From: Lingula anatina | Lineage: Eukaryota > Animalia > Brachiopoda | Direction of reading: 5' to 3' | DNA length: 64,000 nucleotides | Assembly (NCBI GenBank): GCA_051362555.1 | Contig: CM120640.1 | Location: 50,446,788 to 50,510,787 of the forward strand | Shown here: one piece after another, positions 1 through 20,354 of the stretch | How the letters are laid out: each line of letters starts with the position of its first letter | Position numbering within the stretch: the stretch's first letter is position 1 | Translations under genes and position numbers: made by a program | The notes under the pieces: model-generated | Database searches by the model: none | The model's input: the letters and a program-made list of their open reading frames with translations, nothing else | Told to the model about the DNA's origin: nothing

Positions 1-514
1 CATGAAATGTTTCGACAAGAAATTAAGCACAAAAAAAGGAGTGGAAGTAATTGAATTTTAATTTTTTTCTTTCAAGTAAAAGTCAAGTTTGAGATTCATT
101 TGATTTGAAAAAAAAATCATGCAACTTCCTCTTCGGTAATGGTTAATGTATCAAAGGTTCAATATATTTGCCTGCCAGCATTGGAGCGAGGTGAGCTGTA
201 AGTTAATGATGTCCCAGCTAAAATTGATTACAGTGTCCCTAAAGTGACTGGGCTCCAGGCAAACTTGCAGTTCCATTAATTTTTATGTTCCCTTGGCAAT
301 GCTGACGAACTTTGATGATTCTTTGTATAATGATTTTAATATTCAGCACCAGAGTGGGAGGAAATTGCCCTTTGGTTGCCATTTTCACATGTAAAAAGTT
401 TCTTGAAAGTATGTACTATTATATTTCAATCTTTTGTTTAATATTTGTGAGAATATTTTTAAATTGAAACTTTATTAATTTAGTGAATTACAGACTTATG
501 AATATTTTTTACAG

Positions 515-5597
<5,083 letters not shown>

Positions 5598-8500
5598 AGT
5601 ACCTACGGCATACATCAATACTTACTGTATGGATAGCTTCAGTGCTGCCAACCCCATGCAGTATCGCGTTAAAATACCACTGTTTTATTTAACACCAGAG
5701 ACCTAATAGTTCATATCAGAGGACAATGGATGTGTAGTACATCTTCCACAGAACTCTGGATCATTGTAACAGTATACAAATCCCACACCACACCATTAGA
5801 GTGCAATATAGCAGTGGTCAGTATTGATTATAGCACAGGTGGTTTAGTTGATCAGAATCATACATATGCAAACTTGAAATATGTGTACTACATAACAAGG
5901 GGTTTAGATTATGTACAAAGTTCATCTTATAATATTAATTGTCTGTGTGTGTATATATATATTTGGTCTGTGTGACCCATGGGATTAGAGTATGAATGAA
6001 GTATATTATGAGATTATATAATATTGTACATATATTGGAAGTTATGGATATTTTTATGTTACAATTAACTTGGGGCCGTTTTGTTATTTAATCCATCATA
6101 GAAATATTAAAATTGATAACATGAAGATGATACTGGATGTCATGTAGTTTGGAATGGAGGTAAAGAAAGCAATCATAAATTTAGAAAGTGCTTGAAAGTT
6201 AAGTCAATTCATTTTTCTTCCTTATTCTATATGCATCTCTGCAGAGTTGTGCATTTATTTGGAGTATTTGTTTGAACAATGTGAAGTTAGCCCACCCATT
6301 GGCATTTTGTTTTGTTGAAAAGAGGCAGATAAAGTTAAACCTGACCAGTTGTATGTCAGTAAACTGGAATGAAGGTCTCAAAATATGTTTTTGGATAGCT
6401 ACATGGTTTGTCCCATGTCCATCTTTTGCAAAACCTTATATTGCTCAATACATTTTTTTCAGCTGGTTTCAGTTTTGGCAAAGTTGATATGATACACATT
6501 CCATGTGTGTGGATCTGAATGAGGTAGAATTATTAGAGACTGTTATGTATATTAATAGATGTGAACTGGTACCAACCTCATTTTAAAAAAAGTAGTCAGT
6601 AATTGTTATTTTATATGAGTTAACATGTATACTCTTATGTAAAAAGATTTGAAGTATTGATGGTGGGCATTCAGGTAGTAATATTGATTGATATCATTCC
6701 TGTATAATGATATTAGTAACTGCCCATGCAGCCAAACTCGTACTGTGTTGATATTTTTGATTATGTTGAACAGCCCTTTATAAACTTTGCAATAGGCACT
6801 ATAACAAGCAAATTATGCTAGCTTTATTGAATTTCCCATTGCACCACATAGAACTGCCAAACTTGATTAAATTTTTTGACAAAATGTAATTACTTGTTGA
6901 ATATGGTAATTAGATCATGGAGTGTGTGACTGGAGTTAAGGGCCATATATTGTTTCATTATGAACATTTTCAATAATCAAACAAAATAAGTTTCCCCATT
7001 TCTTTCTTGGCAAAAAAGCAATATCCTTTCCATTTCTTTTGTTAAGTATCTCTGTTTCTTTTAAGGAAGGGAATGTTCTGTTTTCTAATTAGTGTAATCA
7101 CATGTTGCAGTAATACAGAAGTTGATTCCTTGTATTTGGTGTCCCAGGCAGTGTTTAACAGCAGGGAGAAAAAGGAAAAACAAATGAATAGTTGCCAGTT
7201 AGTTAAGATCTTTTTCTTTTTTTGTTATTTTATGAAATATTTAATAGAAATTAGTTGATTCATTACCTAAATGTCATATTTACTAATGAAAATCTCATTT
7301 TATATGAATAATATAAGTTAGATAACATATTTAGTCTATCATGCATAAGTCTTACCGAGGAACAAATAGAGTAGTGTCTTACAAGCCCAGTCTAATGAGC
7401 TAACCCTGCACTTTAATGGAGACCACAATAAAGGACAGAAACTAATTGGTTAACTTATAATTCATTCTTCATCATTTGGTTTAACCAGATTATGCATTTT
7501 ATGCCAAACATACTCCATGGTGGTGGGAAGGGGGACCTGTTACTGCTTTTCATTGTGTAAATGATATTTTTCTGTGGTAGGTGTTAATGAGGGGTAAATG
7601 TTTATTTTTCCCCAATTTCGCGAAAAATCTTTATCAGCAGCTTTACCCGTCAACATTTTTTTTTATTTTGCCTACTTGCAATAAGGGAATATATTGATTT
7701 AATTACTCGGTGGAAATACTAGCCCTTTGACATTTGTGAGAGGTGTGCAGTGTAAATTTAATGCAAAAAGTTACCTGTGGTAGAATTTCCTGTGGTAAAC
7801 TATCTGCGATTAACCAACTTTCGATCCTCCTTTGCTGACACCCATCTATCTCTGTAACAATTTGGTGAAAATTAAAAAGTTCATAGCCCATGCTTAAGTA
7901 AATTTATTTTTCAAATTCTGCCATCTGTTTGATCTCAATTTTCTCTGTTTTGTGCAATTAAAAATTTTCAAGACATGACAGGTGGTATGGTTCATGAGAA
8001 GCTATTAATATTTTTTTTTTCTTTTTTTTTTGCAACATTAATCCATGACAATTTTCTGTTAAAATATGGTCAGAATATTTCTTGCTATCAGATAATTTCA
8101 GCAAGAGGTGGCTTATGTATTTGTTTTAGTCTACACTTTGTCACTTTAACCATGGATGTCCTCCTGCTCATTTGTCATTACAGTAATGCAGACATGGAAA
8201 AGCATACTCAAGCACAAAACAAATGTGTCCTTTTTTAAGAATTGTATTCCCACATTTATATATATTCTGTACAAATGGATATATTACAAGTTTTTACATT
8301 TAAAATCTAGACCCACTATGCTGCACATAAAACCTTTAAGTCCCCTTGAACATCCAAAGAGGAGGAATTAATACGTGAATTAATTTAATATACCCACTGC
8401 TCAAACAAAATGCACATTGAAGTATGTGAAAAAATAGACCACTTGGCATTCCTCAACTTCAGTTTCTCTTCCCAAAAGGAATAAAAAATGGCTAAAGATA

Positions 8501-9058
8501 TCCAGAAAAATTAAACTACAAGAGTTCTGTATTCAAAACTGATTGGGCCTTGCAGAAAAATACATTCCCACACTGTAACTGCACTGGTTTGATCATGAAA
8601 AAAAATGACTGTTACTTACAGATGTTCAGAGACATAACCATTTATCTGTTTTTCTCTTTCAAGAATAAATGGGTGTATTCAGCTGCTTACAAATAAGACA
8701 AAGAACCAACCATCAGTTTTAGTTAAATTAAAATTTCAAGATTTTCATTGGAATTTCAGTTCTAACCTACCTGCAAATTACACACTTGGAGTACACTTTA
8801 CTTGGAATAGTAATTATGTTACTAAAGTACAAAAGTAAAACTCTTATTTCATGTCTAAACTCTTGAATGAAAAACTTTAAGCATACACTGCAAGACACTG
8901 ACAGAACTTAAAATGAAACTTGACAGAAAGCCTAGCAGATTGGGAAATGGCATCAGCACTGTCTTCATGTTGAAAGTATCTAACTGCAATGTTCCAGTTC
9001 TTAACTGAAAATTGTGCCTTTACTGCAAACCAATATCCGTATGCAATTCCCACAATCT

Positions 9059-11834
<2,776 letters not shown>

Positions 11835-12111
11835 CTTACAGCACTGGCACTGGAGACGTGTACTGCACCTGTGGGCATGCGCGAAAAATATAGAGCTAAA
11901 CAGACTTTCTGATATTGCTTTTGACATGATTTATCAAAATAAATGTGAAAGATTTTCAAATTCATCTAGAGATTTGTCAAATATCAAATATATGATAATT
12001 ATTATATTTAATTCAACCTCAGTTAGACTATGTCCTTAGTCTTGCTTATACATAATTTTTGCGCAACTTTAAGGTAAACATGAACTGGAGACTTCATACG
12101 GGCACTTCAAG
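11835..12111. promoter_or_regulatory. Bidirectional promoter and 5'UTRs between ARL1 and the SR gene
   Basis: Divergent ATGs (11834 minus, 12112 plus) are only 277 bp apart. E2F-like gcgcgaaaa (~11879-11887) and ttttgcgc (~12057-12064). Confidence 0.6.
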
Positions 12112-15100
12112 ATGTCGCGGCGTGCCGAGGGGATGCTCTTTGTTGGGCGCTTGAGTAGAAGCACCCGTACAAGAGATTTAGAAGAAATATTTGAACCTTA
12201 TGGGCGTATGCTACGTTGTGAGATCAAGTATGGTAAGTTGGTTTGTGGCTTTACAGAAATATGGCACAGAAACTGCAGAATAATGAATGGACTTTTGAAA
12301 TAAAAAATGGCGTGTTGAAAAATGTATTTAAGTTGCAGCGGCCAATTTGAAGGCAGGTGTGTTTGTGAGGCAGACTTTGTTTGGAGTTTCACATCTGCGT
12401 TAAGTGACTGGTCGATGGTTATTAATAATCGAAATAAATTACTTTATGTTAAGCCATAAATACATACTTCATGAATCTCGGAAAATCTCGTGAACCAAAA
12501 CCCTCAAAAACTATCGGAGAAAGATATATTTTAAAGAAAATATATTTTACTATAAAGTGGATTAGAACTGAATCAGTATCTTGTCATCTTTTATATTATA
12601 ATTTTAACCTTTAATTTTCAGGAGCTGAAATGGGTAAGCACAGTGACAGTGAACATTTACAATGAAGAGCAGTGAACCATGGTTGCAACTTGCAAGATAC
12701 TTAAACTTATGAATAGGAAAAGTGTTTGCATAAAAGCCAATGAGTACTCAAGTTAAGCAAAGCACATGTGTGAAAGATACAAATAAGAATATAATAAAAA
12801 ATTACTCATTGTGAAATAAAGATTAAAATCCAGGCAGATTTTTTAATTTGCATAGGGAAGATTGCCAGTAATATTGTACTTGGATGTGATTGTGATTAGA
12901 GGTTCACCTTATTTTGAAGTTGAAACATGCAACTAATTAACTTCAAGTTTGAGATTGTTCATAATCTATAACTTTATCCATTTTTTTACATTACCCATTA
13001 TTGTGGTAACTAAAGCAGAATGAACTGAAAGCATATTGGATGTTTGTCTGCAACTTGCTTTTAACTGAGACTTATCAGCTGTTTTTGATTAATGTTTGAA
13101 TTAATTGAACATGTACTTTGTTAATTTGTGTCAAACATGGAAAATTCATTTATTATTTGCAGCCTATGCCTTCGTGGATTATGAGGATCGTAGGGATGCA
13201 GAGGTAAGCTATAAAATGGCCTGGTAAATTTGTTCTTCATGTTATTACAGGTTACGTAACAATTTTTTTTAATGGATAAGGCACTTGTCATGAAACGATC
13301 CTGTCTGTTATCTATTTGAAAACTAGAGATGGTGATGAATTTCTTATTTTCCAGCTTAGAAATTGAATTAAACATTACAAAATTTAAACATTGTCTTAAA
13401 AAAAAGATTTTTATCAAAATTCTCTTCTTTCTCCACATAATTATGTGAAATGCAAAAAAAAAGTTGGATTTGATAAGGAAATTGAAACAGAGACAAAATG
13501 TGTAATAGATTTGCTAAATGAACACTTTATTGAAATCCCCCTTACTAGCTTCCGACCAGTCCCTGGCCACAACATCTAAGTTTCCATGGTTACCAATGAC
13601 CAAAAGCCAATTGCCTAATGGAGCCTTAGCCAGGCCAGGGTCACAGGAGCCCTCTTGCCATGCCAAAGCCATGCCATAGCCAAACCATACGTCAATAAGT
13701 CACCCTTGCCTGTTGTTGTTCCAAAACCTGACCATGACCATGTGTTCCATGAGACCACATGACCATGACCTAGCCAAAGAATGACAAGGCTCTCGGCGCC
13801 ATGTCCACGTGTTGTTCTACCAACCACCCATCCATGCCACCACCATAGACCAGCAGTGGGGTTTAGTATGTCATTGCTAATGTACCGTCATAATCTTTGT
13901 TGTCTGTACATGTGATTGAAGATGTGGTGTTTTAAAGCACTAGCTGGCAAACATTTTTAAAGCCTAAAACATCCGAGGTCAACTGGTGGTTGTATTAGAC
14001 TTAATTCCAAAATTTGTGGCTAATGTTTGATTTGTATGGAGGGGCTTTTAGAATTTACCAAATGCATCTATTTTCTTTTTCATTCACATTCTTATTTATT
14101 AACATTGCCACTGAAATTTAGTCCTACCTTTTGAAGCATTTGGTAGCTGTTTTGTAGAAAGCCATTTTGTTGGACCCATTTACCGTGCTGGATTTGACAA
14201 AGTTGAAAGGGTGCCTTTTAATGATAAAAGGGTTGAATAAGTGGGTTCGTAGAATTACATGAGTGGGTTGTGACTGTGGAATAGCACTTTTGCATGCACT
14301 CTCTAGTATCCAGTGTTTAATCTGCACATGCACGATACTTCATGAATGACATGTTGAGCAAGAGGGTAAGTTGAAAGCTGCTAAATCTAAACGAGCCTAC
14401 AAAATAGCCTTGTTGAGAGAGGAAGGTGGTGAGGAACACAACATGGGGATTGGTTACAGCACAACAACACATGATAAATGCATTCACCACCATTTACTTT
14501 CAGCCCAAACATCAAACTGTCAATGTGTGGTGTTAAAGCAGTATTTTATAGTGATGGTGATTTTTCAGGACGCTGTCAAATATGAAAATGGCCGCGAAGT
14601 GTGTGGTTCATCCATCATTGTAGAGTGGGCCAAGGGAAACCCTAGGAGACCCCTGGTTGGTTTCAACCTACGTACATTTTATAAGATTTCATAGTTCAAA
14701 TTATTATATGCCCTTCTATGAAAGGATTAGTTGTTTTGTGTAAGAGCTAGACTTGAAATTTGAAAGATGATGTTGTTGATAGCCATTTTTACTCATTACC
14801 TATTTTCAAATGTATGAAATTGATTTCTCTTTTTGAATTTCTGTTTTATTATATATATGATTACAGACTAAGGTGAATGTTTTAATTGGGTTTTTATAAT
14901 TTGTATCCCTTGCTTCAGGGATATGATGAGTGTTACAAGTGTCATCGTCCAGGCCATTGGGCCAGAGACTGCTATGATGATAGAGGTGGTGGGGGTGGCG
15001 GCGGATATCGCAGGCCAAGAGGGCGCTATAGATCCCCATCTCCCCGAAGACGTAGAAGATCTAGATCAAGGTCCAGGTAAGCACGGCGCATTGATTTTGA

Positions 15101-15464
15101 ATATTATCGATAAAGGTTTTCATACCACGTAGGGTTATATATTTTAGTGATTGTAGATTTTTTCATGCAACATGATTGGAAAATGCTGTTATCAGCATAC
15201 TTCAATTCTTTTTTAAGGGACCGTAGGCGTAGATCCCGCAGCAGGTCCAAGAAGAGCCGTTCTCGCTCTCGCAGTAGATCTCCAAGGAGATCCAGATCTA
15301 GAAGCAGGTCTAGATCAAAATCACAAAATAAGAATGGCGGGTCGAAGTCACGTTCACGAAGTAAATCGCCAAGCAAATCAAGAAGTCCTTCGAAAGAAAA
15401 GTCCAAGTCTAAGAGTCCTTCCAGAAGTCGCTCCAGGTCGCGAAGCAGATCCGGCAGCAAGTAG
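12112..15464 (+). CDS. Serine/arginine-rich splicing factor: RRM + CCHC zinc knuckle + RS domain (SRSF7/RS2Z-like)
   Basis: Exons 12112-12232, 12622-12633, 13163-13203, 14569-14655, 14919-15076, 15218-15464. RNP2 LFVGRL, RNP1 MAYAFVDY, EDRRDAEDAV, zinc knuckle CYKCHRPGHWARDC, long RS/SP tail. AATAAA at 15821-15826. Confidence 0.92.
13549..13865 (+). other. Candidate poison (PTC/NMD) cassette exon in intron 3 of the SR gene
   Basis: C/A-rich block that contrasts with the AT-rich intron. Acceptor ccccttactag, in-frame TGA at 13597-13599, candidate donors at 13856, 13861 and 13866 (3' boundary uncertain). Confidence 0.6.
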
Positions 15465-16741
15465 CATAGGAAAAAAGGAACGGATCCACAAATTTTTGTT
15501 AACAAAAAAAGAATCTGCCCATTTGGTTGGGAAGACTTTTCAGAAGGCAATTTGGGCAAGTTGAGCAATTTGACTCTTTCAGACAGGGCGAGGTCTTGTT
15601 AAATTTCATTAATTTCAATTATGTAGTCACCTACTTCACTTAGATTAGTAGATATTTCCTCTTTGCATTTTATTCTTGTGTCATATTTTTATGTTTACTG
15701 AACCCCTTTCACCAAGTAGACTTATCACGCTGGTTACGATAACCATGCATACTTGGATACCTTGGCGGTTTTAATGCATGGCATCAAGATTTTTATATAA
15801 TGGGTAAATTTTTTAAGCACAATAAATGAAGTGAATATACCTCGTCTTGTTTTTATGTGGCCTCGTTCTGTTTTCCGTATAAATGTCTTGTGTTGAAGGT
15901 GGTTGATTAAATTGTCAAAAATTTACTAGTGGAAACGTCTTTAAAGTGGTCTTCCGTGCACATATTCTTTCTCGCGTTTTGTCCCAATTCTTAATTCCCA
16001 ACTCTGCAAACTGAGTAAAATGCATCTGGCTATCTTTTTCTTCAAAAAAGAAGCATGATCATTCCACACACTTTAATACTGTGCACGATACTTGTAATTA
16101 AAATAATGCTCACGGCACGTGACCTTATTTTGCTCGTTCAAGAGGAAATCGAGTGTTCCCAAGCTGCGTCTTGGAGAGAGTCTATCAACATAGCGTTAAT
16201 TCAACATCCTTTTGAACAGCTGCATGCTTAACAAAGGCTCTATTTGTTTATTTATTATTATTATTTTGCCTCTGAAGGAAAAAAGGCAATATACAAACTC
16301 TTAATGGGACACTTGAAAGAAAAGGAGCCTTGAGCCAAATTTGACTCCCATAAAACGCGATTGTTTTATGCCGTTAACATCTATGCGAATGGAAAAAGTA
16401 GTTAAAACTAGTCATAAACGTTGAAACGGACTTGTTTCCCTAATCCATTAAAGCGTTCAGTTTTTCAACTTGCCATAAGGCTGCTGGGTTTTTAAAAGAG
16501 CTTTTAGGCTAGAAGAACGTACATTGACTTTTAAAAAATTAACAATTCTTTTATTGGAAAGATGTTGCCGTAACGTATAAAAGAGGAATTCAGTACGAAA
16601 CTAAGAACGAAATATTTCAGAACGTGGCAATTGAAAACAGTTACGGAAAATCGTGACCCGAAATTCTCCAAAATTCACCGCATTTTCGACAACGTTTAAC
16701 GTTGTATTCATCTCATTAAGTCATTCAAAACGTATACTAAT

Positions 16742-17021
16742 CAGTGGCGGATTTAGAGGGGGGTCCCCCCTTCGGTTTCTGAAAAAAATATATCGCACCA
16801 ATACTTCCCTCTTGAAATTAGAATTTTGACTAGCTGAATCGTAGTTGTAAATCGTACCAAAGAGCACCGTTTGCCCTCCAAAACACCAAAAATGTTTCGG
16901 GGTCCTTGAGCAGGCCCCGAACCCAACGCCAAGGGGGCGATGGCCGGCTTTGCATCTGAGGTCTGTCGTTCCGGACCCCCCCCCCCCCCCCCCCTTTCAA
17001 ATAATCCTGGATCCATCCCTG
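16742..17021 (+). mobile_element. MITE (CAGTGGCGGATTTAG...GGATCCATCCCTG), 5-bp TSD CTAAT
   Basis: Imperfect TIRs, ctaat on both flanks (16737-16741, 17022-17026), homologous copy at 57723-58025. Confidence 0.8.
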
Positions 17022-18183
17022 CTAATTTTAGATCATTTTAAAACTTGTGGTAATGACAGAAATCCAGTGTGACTTCCCACCTTTATTTTTCACCTTTGAA
17101 GTCCTTGATTTTGGTTTTTTAAATCTAGATGAAAATGGTGTTTTTAAATTTGAAACATACCTTAGTCAAACCATATAACTCCACAATCAATTATTATATT
17201 TCGATATTAAAATAATCCTTCCTGTAAATGACATTCCTTAAATACGTTTATAGCCGTTACATTTTCTGGAACCGGACATATAATAATAAGAAGAAGAAGA
17301 AGAAGAAGAAGACAATAATAAGAAGACCTAAGCAACTTCTTAAACATAAGTTTACGACTAAATCTGCTAAAAACATTTGTTGCATAATTAATATATGAAT
17401 TTATTTTATGGCTGTGACGCCGCGTTAGCACTTCAGTTTGCATATTTACTCATAGCAAATCAGCTAAGACATCGTTTTATATGTCAACAGGCTCATTTAA
17501 GTGACGCTACAGCGCATGATCAATACCGAGTGTTTGATTAAGAACATTTGGATAATACATTCCATTAACCACACACGCAAATACAGATCGATCAGACAGC
17601 TCGGGGGAAGTAATGTCTTGTTAGTCCTCTTCAGTGAGATGGACAGCTTTGTGCAGGTAAGATTTAATAAATCCCACTTTTTACCTGGTTGCTATGTGTT
17701 TAATTTCACAGAAAACAGTTAAATGCGAGGAATAAATGGAAGCATTTATTTGACGCCACAGTGCTGATTACGAAAACCTGTATACGGTAATGACGTGATA
17801 GTATAGCCAAGGTGTCAGAGACCATTTTTCACTCTGTGAAAGTTGTCCTTGTGAAAGGTGATTTGTATAGAAATTTGACATGATCCAGAACATGAATAAA
17901 ATACTAAAGTACAATCACCATCTTTAAGTATAGCAGACAACTTACAAGGACCATACAGGTAAAATCAATCGATTACCCGAGGCTGTAGCTGTATAGAGAA
18001 CGCTTGACCTTCCATTTATGAATGCAGCAGGTAAATAAAAATATATCCGATATTTTGATTGGCAACAATCGTCTCTATTCAAAGCTGTCAAATCGATATT
18101 TAAAAGCCGATGCCCTGGGTACATATATGCAACCTCATTAAACTAGCCCAGTGCTGTGAAATATGTTGTTGAAAATATTTCAT

Positions 18184-18184
<1 letters not shown>

Positions 18185-18213
<29 letters not shown>
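18185..18213. repeat. (AGAT)n microsatellite
   Basis: Tandem agat units seen directly. Confidence 0.9.
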
Positions 18214-18214
<1 letters not shown>

Positions 18215-18429
18215 CTTGGTTTTAGTGTGTGTCATTGTGTGGATTACATATGAACACAATAAACCAGCTTGTGCTTGCCAATCAGAATGCTTTATTAGTG
18301 ATGTAACTACAGGAGTGTGAATATTAAACACTTTTATATGGAACAGTGTTTGAAGAAGGGTTTTTTTCTGACAAAAGTTAACAGGGAGTCTCACATTACA
18401 GGTACCTGTAGAGTAAAACCACTCTGATC

Positions 18430-20354
18430 ATGTCTGGTAGCGCATCCGATGACATACTAGAGGCTGCAGCCAAACGACAGCAGAGAAAAGTTCCGCACAC
18501 CTCTACTGGGAAAGATGACTTGATAAATGAAATGACAAAAGTCAGTTTGCGGGGCTCAAACGCGCAGGTGGTAAGGCAATATTCAGCTTCTCTTGTTCAG
18601 TACAATGTGGTAAAATATGGACAAAATGAAGACACAATGTCCGCACAGGTTCATCAGGTTTCAGAGATCTTATTTGAATATTCGATCGAAATAGGGAAAT
18701 CCAGTTAGGTATTTGCAATATCTAAACTTGGTAAGGAACGCATGATTATTTATTGCCTATTTCATTTTCAGTCTGACATTCCCGACTTTGGCAGCCAGAT
18801 GGAAAGACCACGTACATCAAGACGTGCTCGCTCGCGGACTGCAGATAATACAGCTAACGATTTCATAGACAACTCGCAACCTTTGGTGCCGTTTCTCTTG
18901 TGTAGGGTGTGTGTACTATAGTTACCGTTATACTAGTTACTGTTACACTTATTTCATTGTAACTGCTTGTTAAAGTGACATTTGCAACTTCTTCAAGTTC
19001 ACCATATCATTTAATTGATATAAGAAAAACCTGATTAACCTTTTATTTTTCTGTTATTTTGTATTGGTCATACATGCGTTTTTTAATTTGATATTTATTA
19101 ATTTGATAAATAAGTTTTTTTTCTTTGAAATGTTAGTGCCAAAACCAGGATCTCCGCACAATGGTCGATTCTTCTTCTCCCGTTTCATTCATTAACAAGG
19201 ACGCATTTCTCATGTGCGGGTAAGGCGAATCCCGTTCATAGTTACGAATAATACCGGGAAACAATATGTCAATACATCTATAAATGTATGAATTAATCGA
19301 AGCATAGCTAGATGAAATACGTGCATATTACACAAAAAAGTAAAGTGACATGTTCTAACACTTTCAGATATTCACTTGACCAAATGGAAAAAGTCGCGTT
19401 CATATCTTCAACAAATCCGTCCCTAAAAATAATAGGAAGAATGAAGAATATTCCAGTTACTGTTGGTGAAAAGGAACTGATGCTGGACGTATTTGTCACC
19501 GGTAGGTAAATTGATTTTGTTCTTGTTGTTACTTGTACAGTATATACAAAGAAGTATAGTGACAAGTGCATGTACTCCTCAACATAAAGATGAAAATGTT
19601 TTGTTATTCACGTGGGGGTGGATATCAACATCAACAAAAGGTTTATATGACTGGATTAACGGGGGCTCATAAACGTAAAACAGAATTGTTAAAATACGTT
19701 ATTTAACGTTTTAAAAACAGTATGTGCATCATAGTTGGTCTTGTGAAACTATGTCATGGGTATAAAATAAACATTCAAATTTACTACTTCCTCATGCATG
19801 TTACTGCAGGTAGTCTTGGAACTGAATTATCTCGTTTCTATTTTCAGAGTCGGGTCCCGATTTATGCTTTGGTGTTGATATACTGACGACTTACAGAGTA
19901 AGTACATTTTTCATACTTTACTGGTATGTATTAACGAAAAGTTTCAAGAAATTCTAATATTTAGATGAGATATGAACCTCTAATGTTGTGTTGGGGTTTT
20001 TATAATCCAAAATAAATATGAACGATTGCTTACTATATTATAACATATTCACAGTACTTTGTTAACAATTTCACAGCGGCTAATTTGCGAACGAATGTCA
20101 ATTTGCTTTGATTTTAGTGTTGTCCAGGCCTCATGGTAGAGAGTATTGCTAAAAATAATATGTCAGCGACGCATTTCACCAACCGCAGATAAAAATTTAC
20201 AGAAAATCTCTCAATCTCTGCGTTTCTAATTATCCAGGGAGTATTAAACTTTGCCAAGCGGAACCTGACGATAAGCGGGCACCAGGTGGAGCTTTTGACG
20301 GAGCGTGATGTACCTCTCAGATACAGGACGGGGAAACCTGCCGCGTCCATGTAA
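18430..20354 (+). CDS. NRIP3: NRIP2/NRIP3-like protein with DDI1-type retroviral aspartic protease fold
   Basis: Exons 18430-18570, 18772-18906, 19137-19219, 19368-19501, 19848-19897, 20238-20354. N-terminal DILEAAAKRQQRK resembles NRIP3 DMREAASLRQQRR; FLLCRCQNQDLRTMVDSS resembles LVSCQCAGKDVKALVDTG; also KIIGRM and LCFGVDIL...LNFAKRNLTI. A possible extra upstream exon 17639-17656 (MDSFVQ) is in frame via the acceptor at 18410-18411. Confidence 0.75.

Noticed and set aside
13549-13865. Repeated CCATG motifs as a CRISPR-like or satellite array
   Set aside because: Motifs are only 5 nt and irregularly spaced, with no constant repeat-spacer structure, in a eukaryotic intron.
14867-14872. Possible 6-nt microexon (ttacag|ACTAAG|gtgaat) in the SR gene
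   Set aside because: It would require a 46-nt downstream intron, far below the ~140-nt minimum seen in this window.
15104-15568. 154-aa minus-strand ORF rich in Leu/Asp/Arg
   Set aside because: Antisense shadow of the RS-domain exon.
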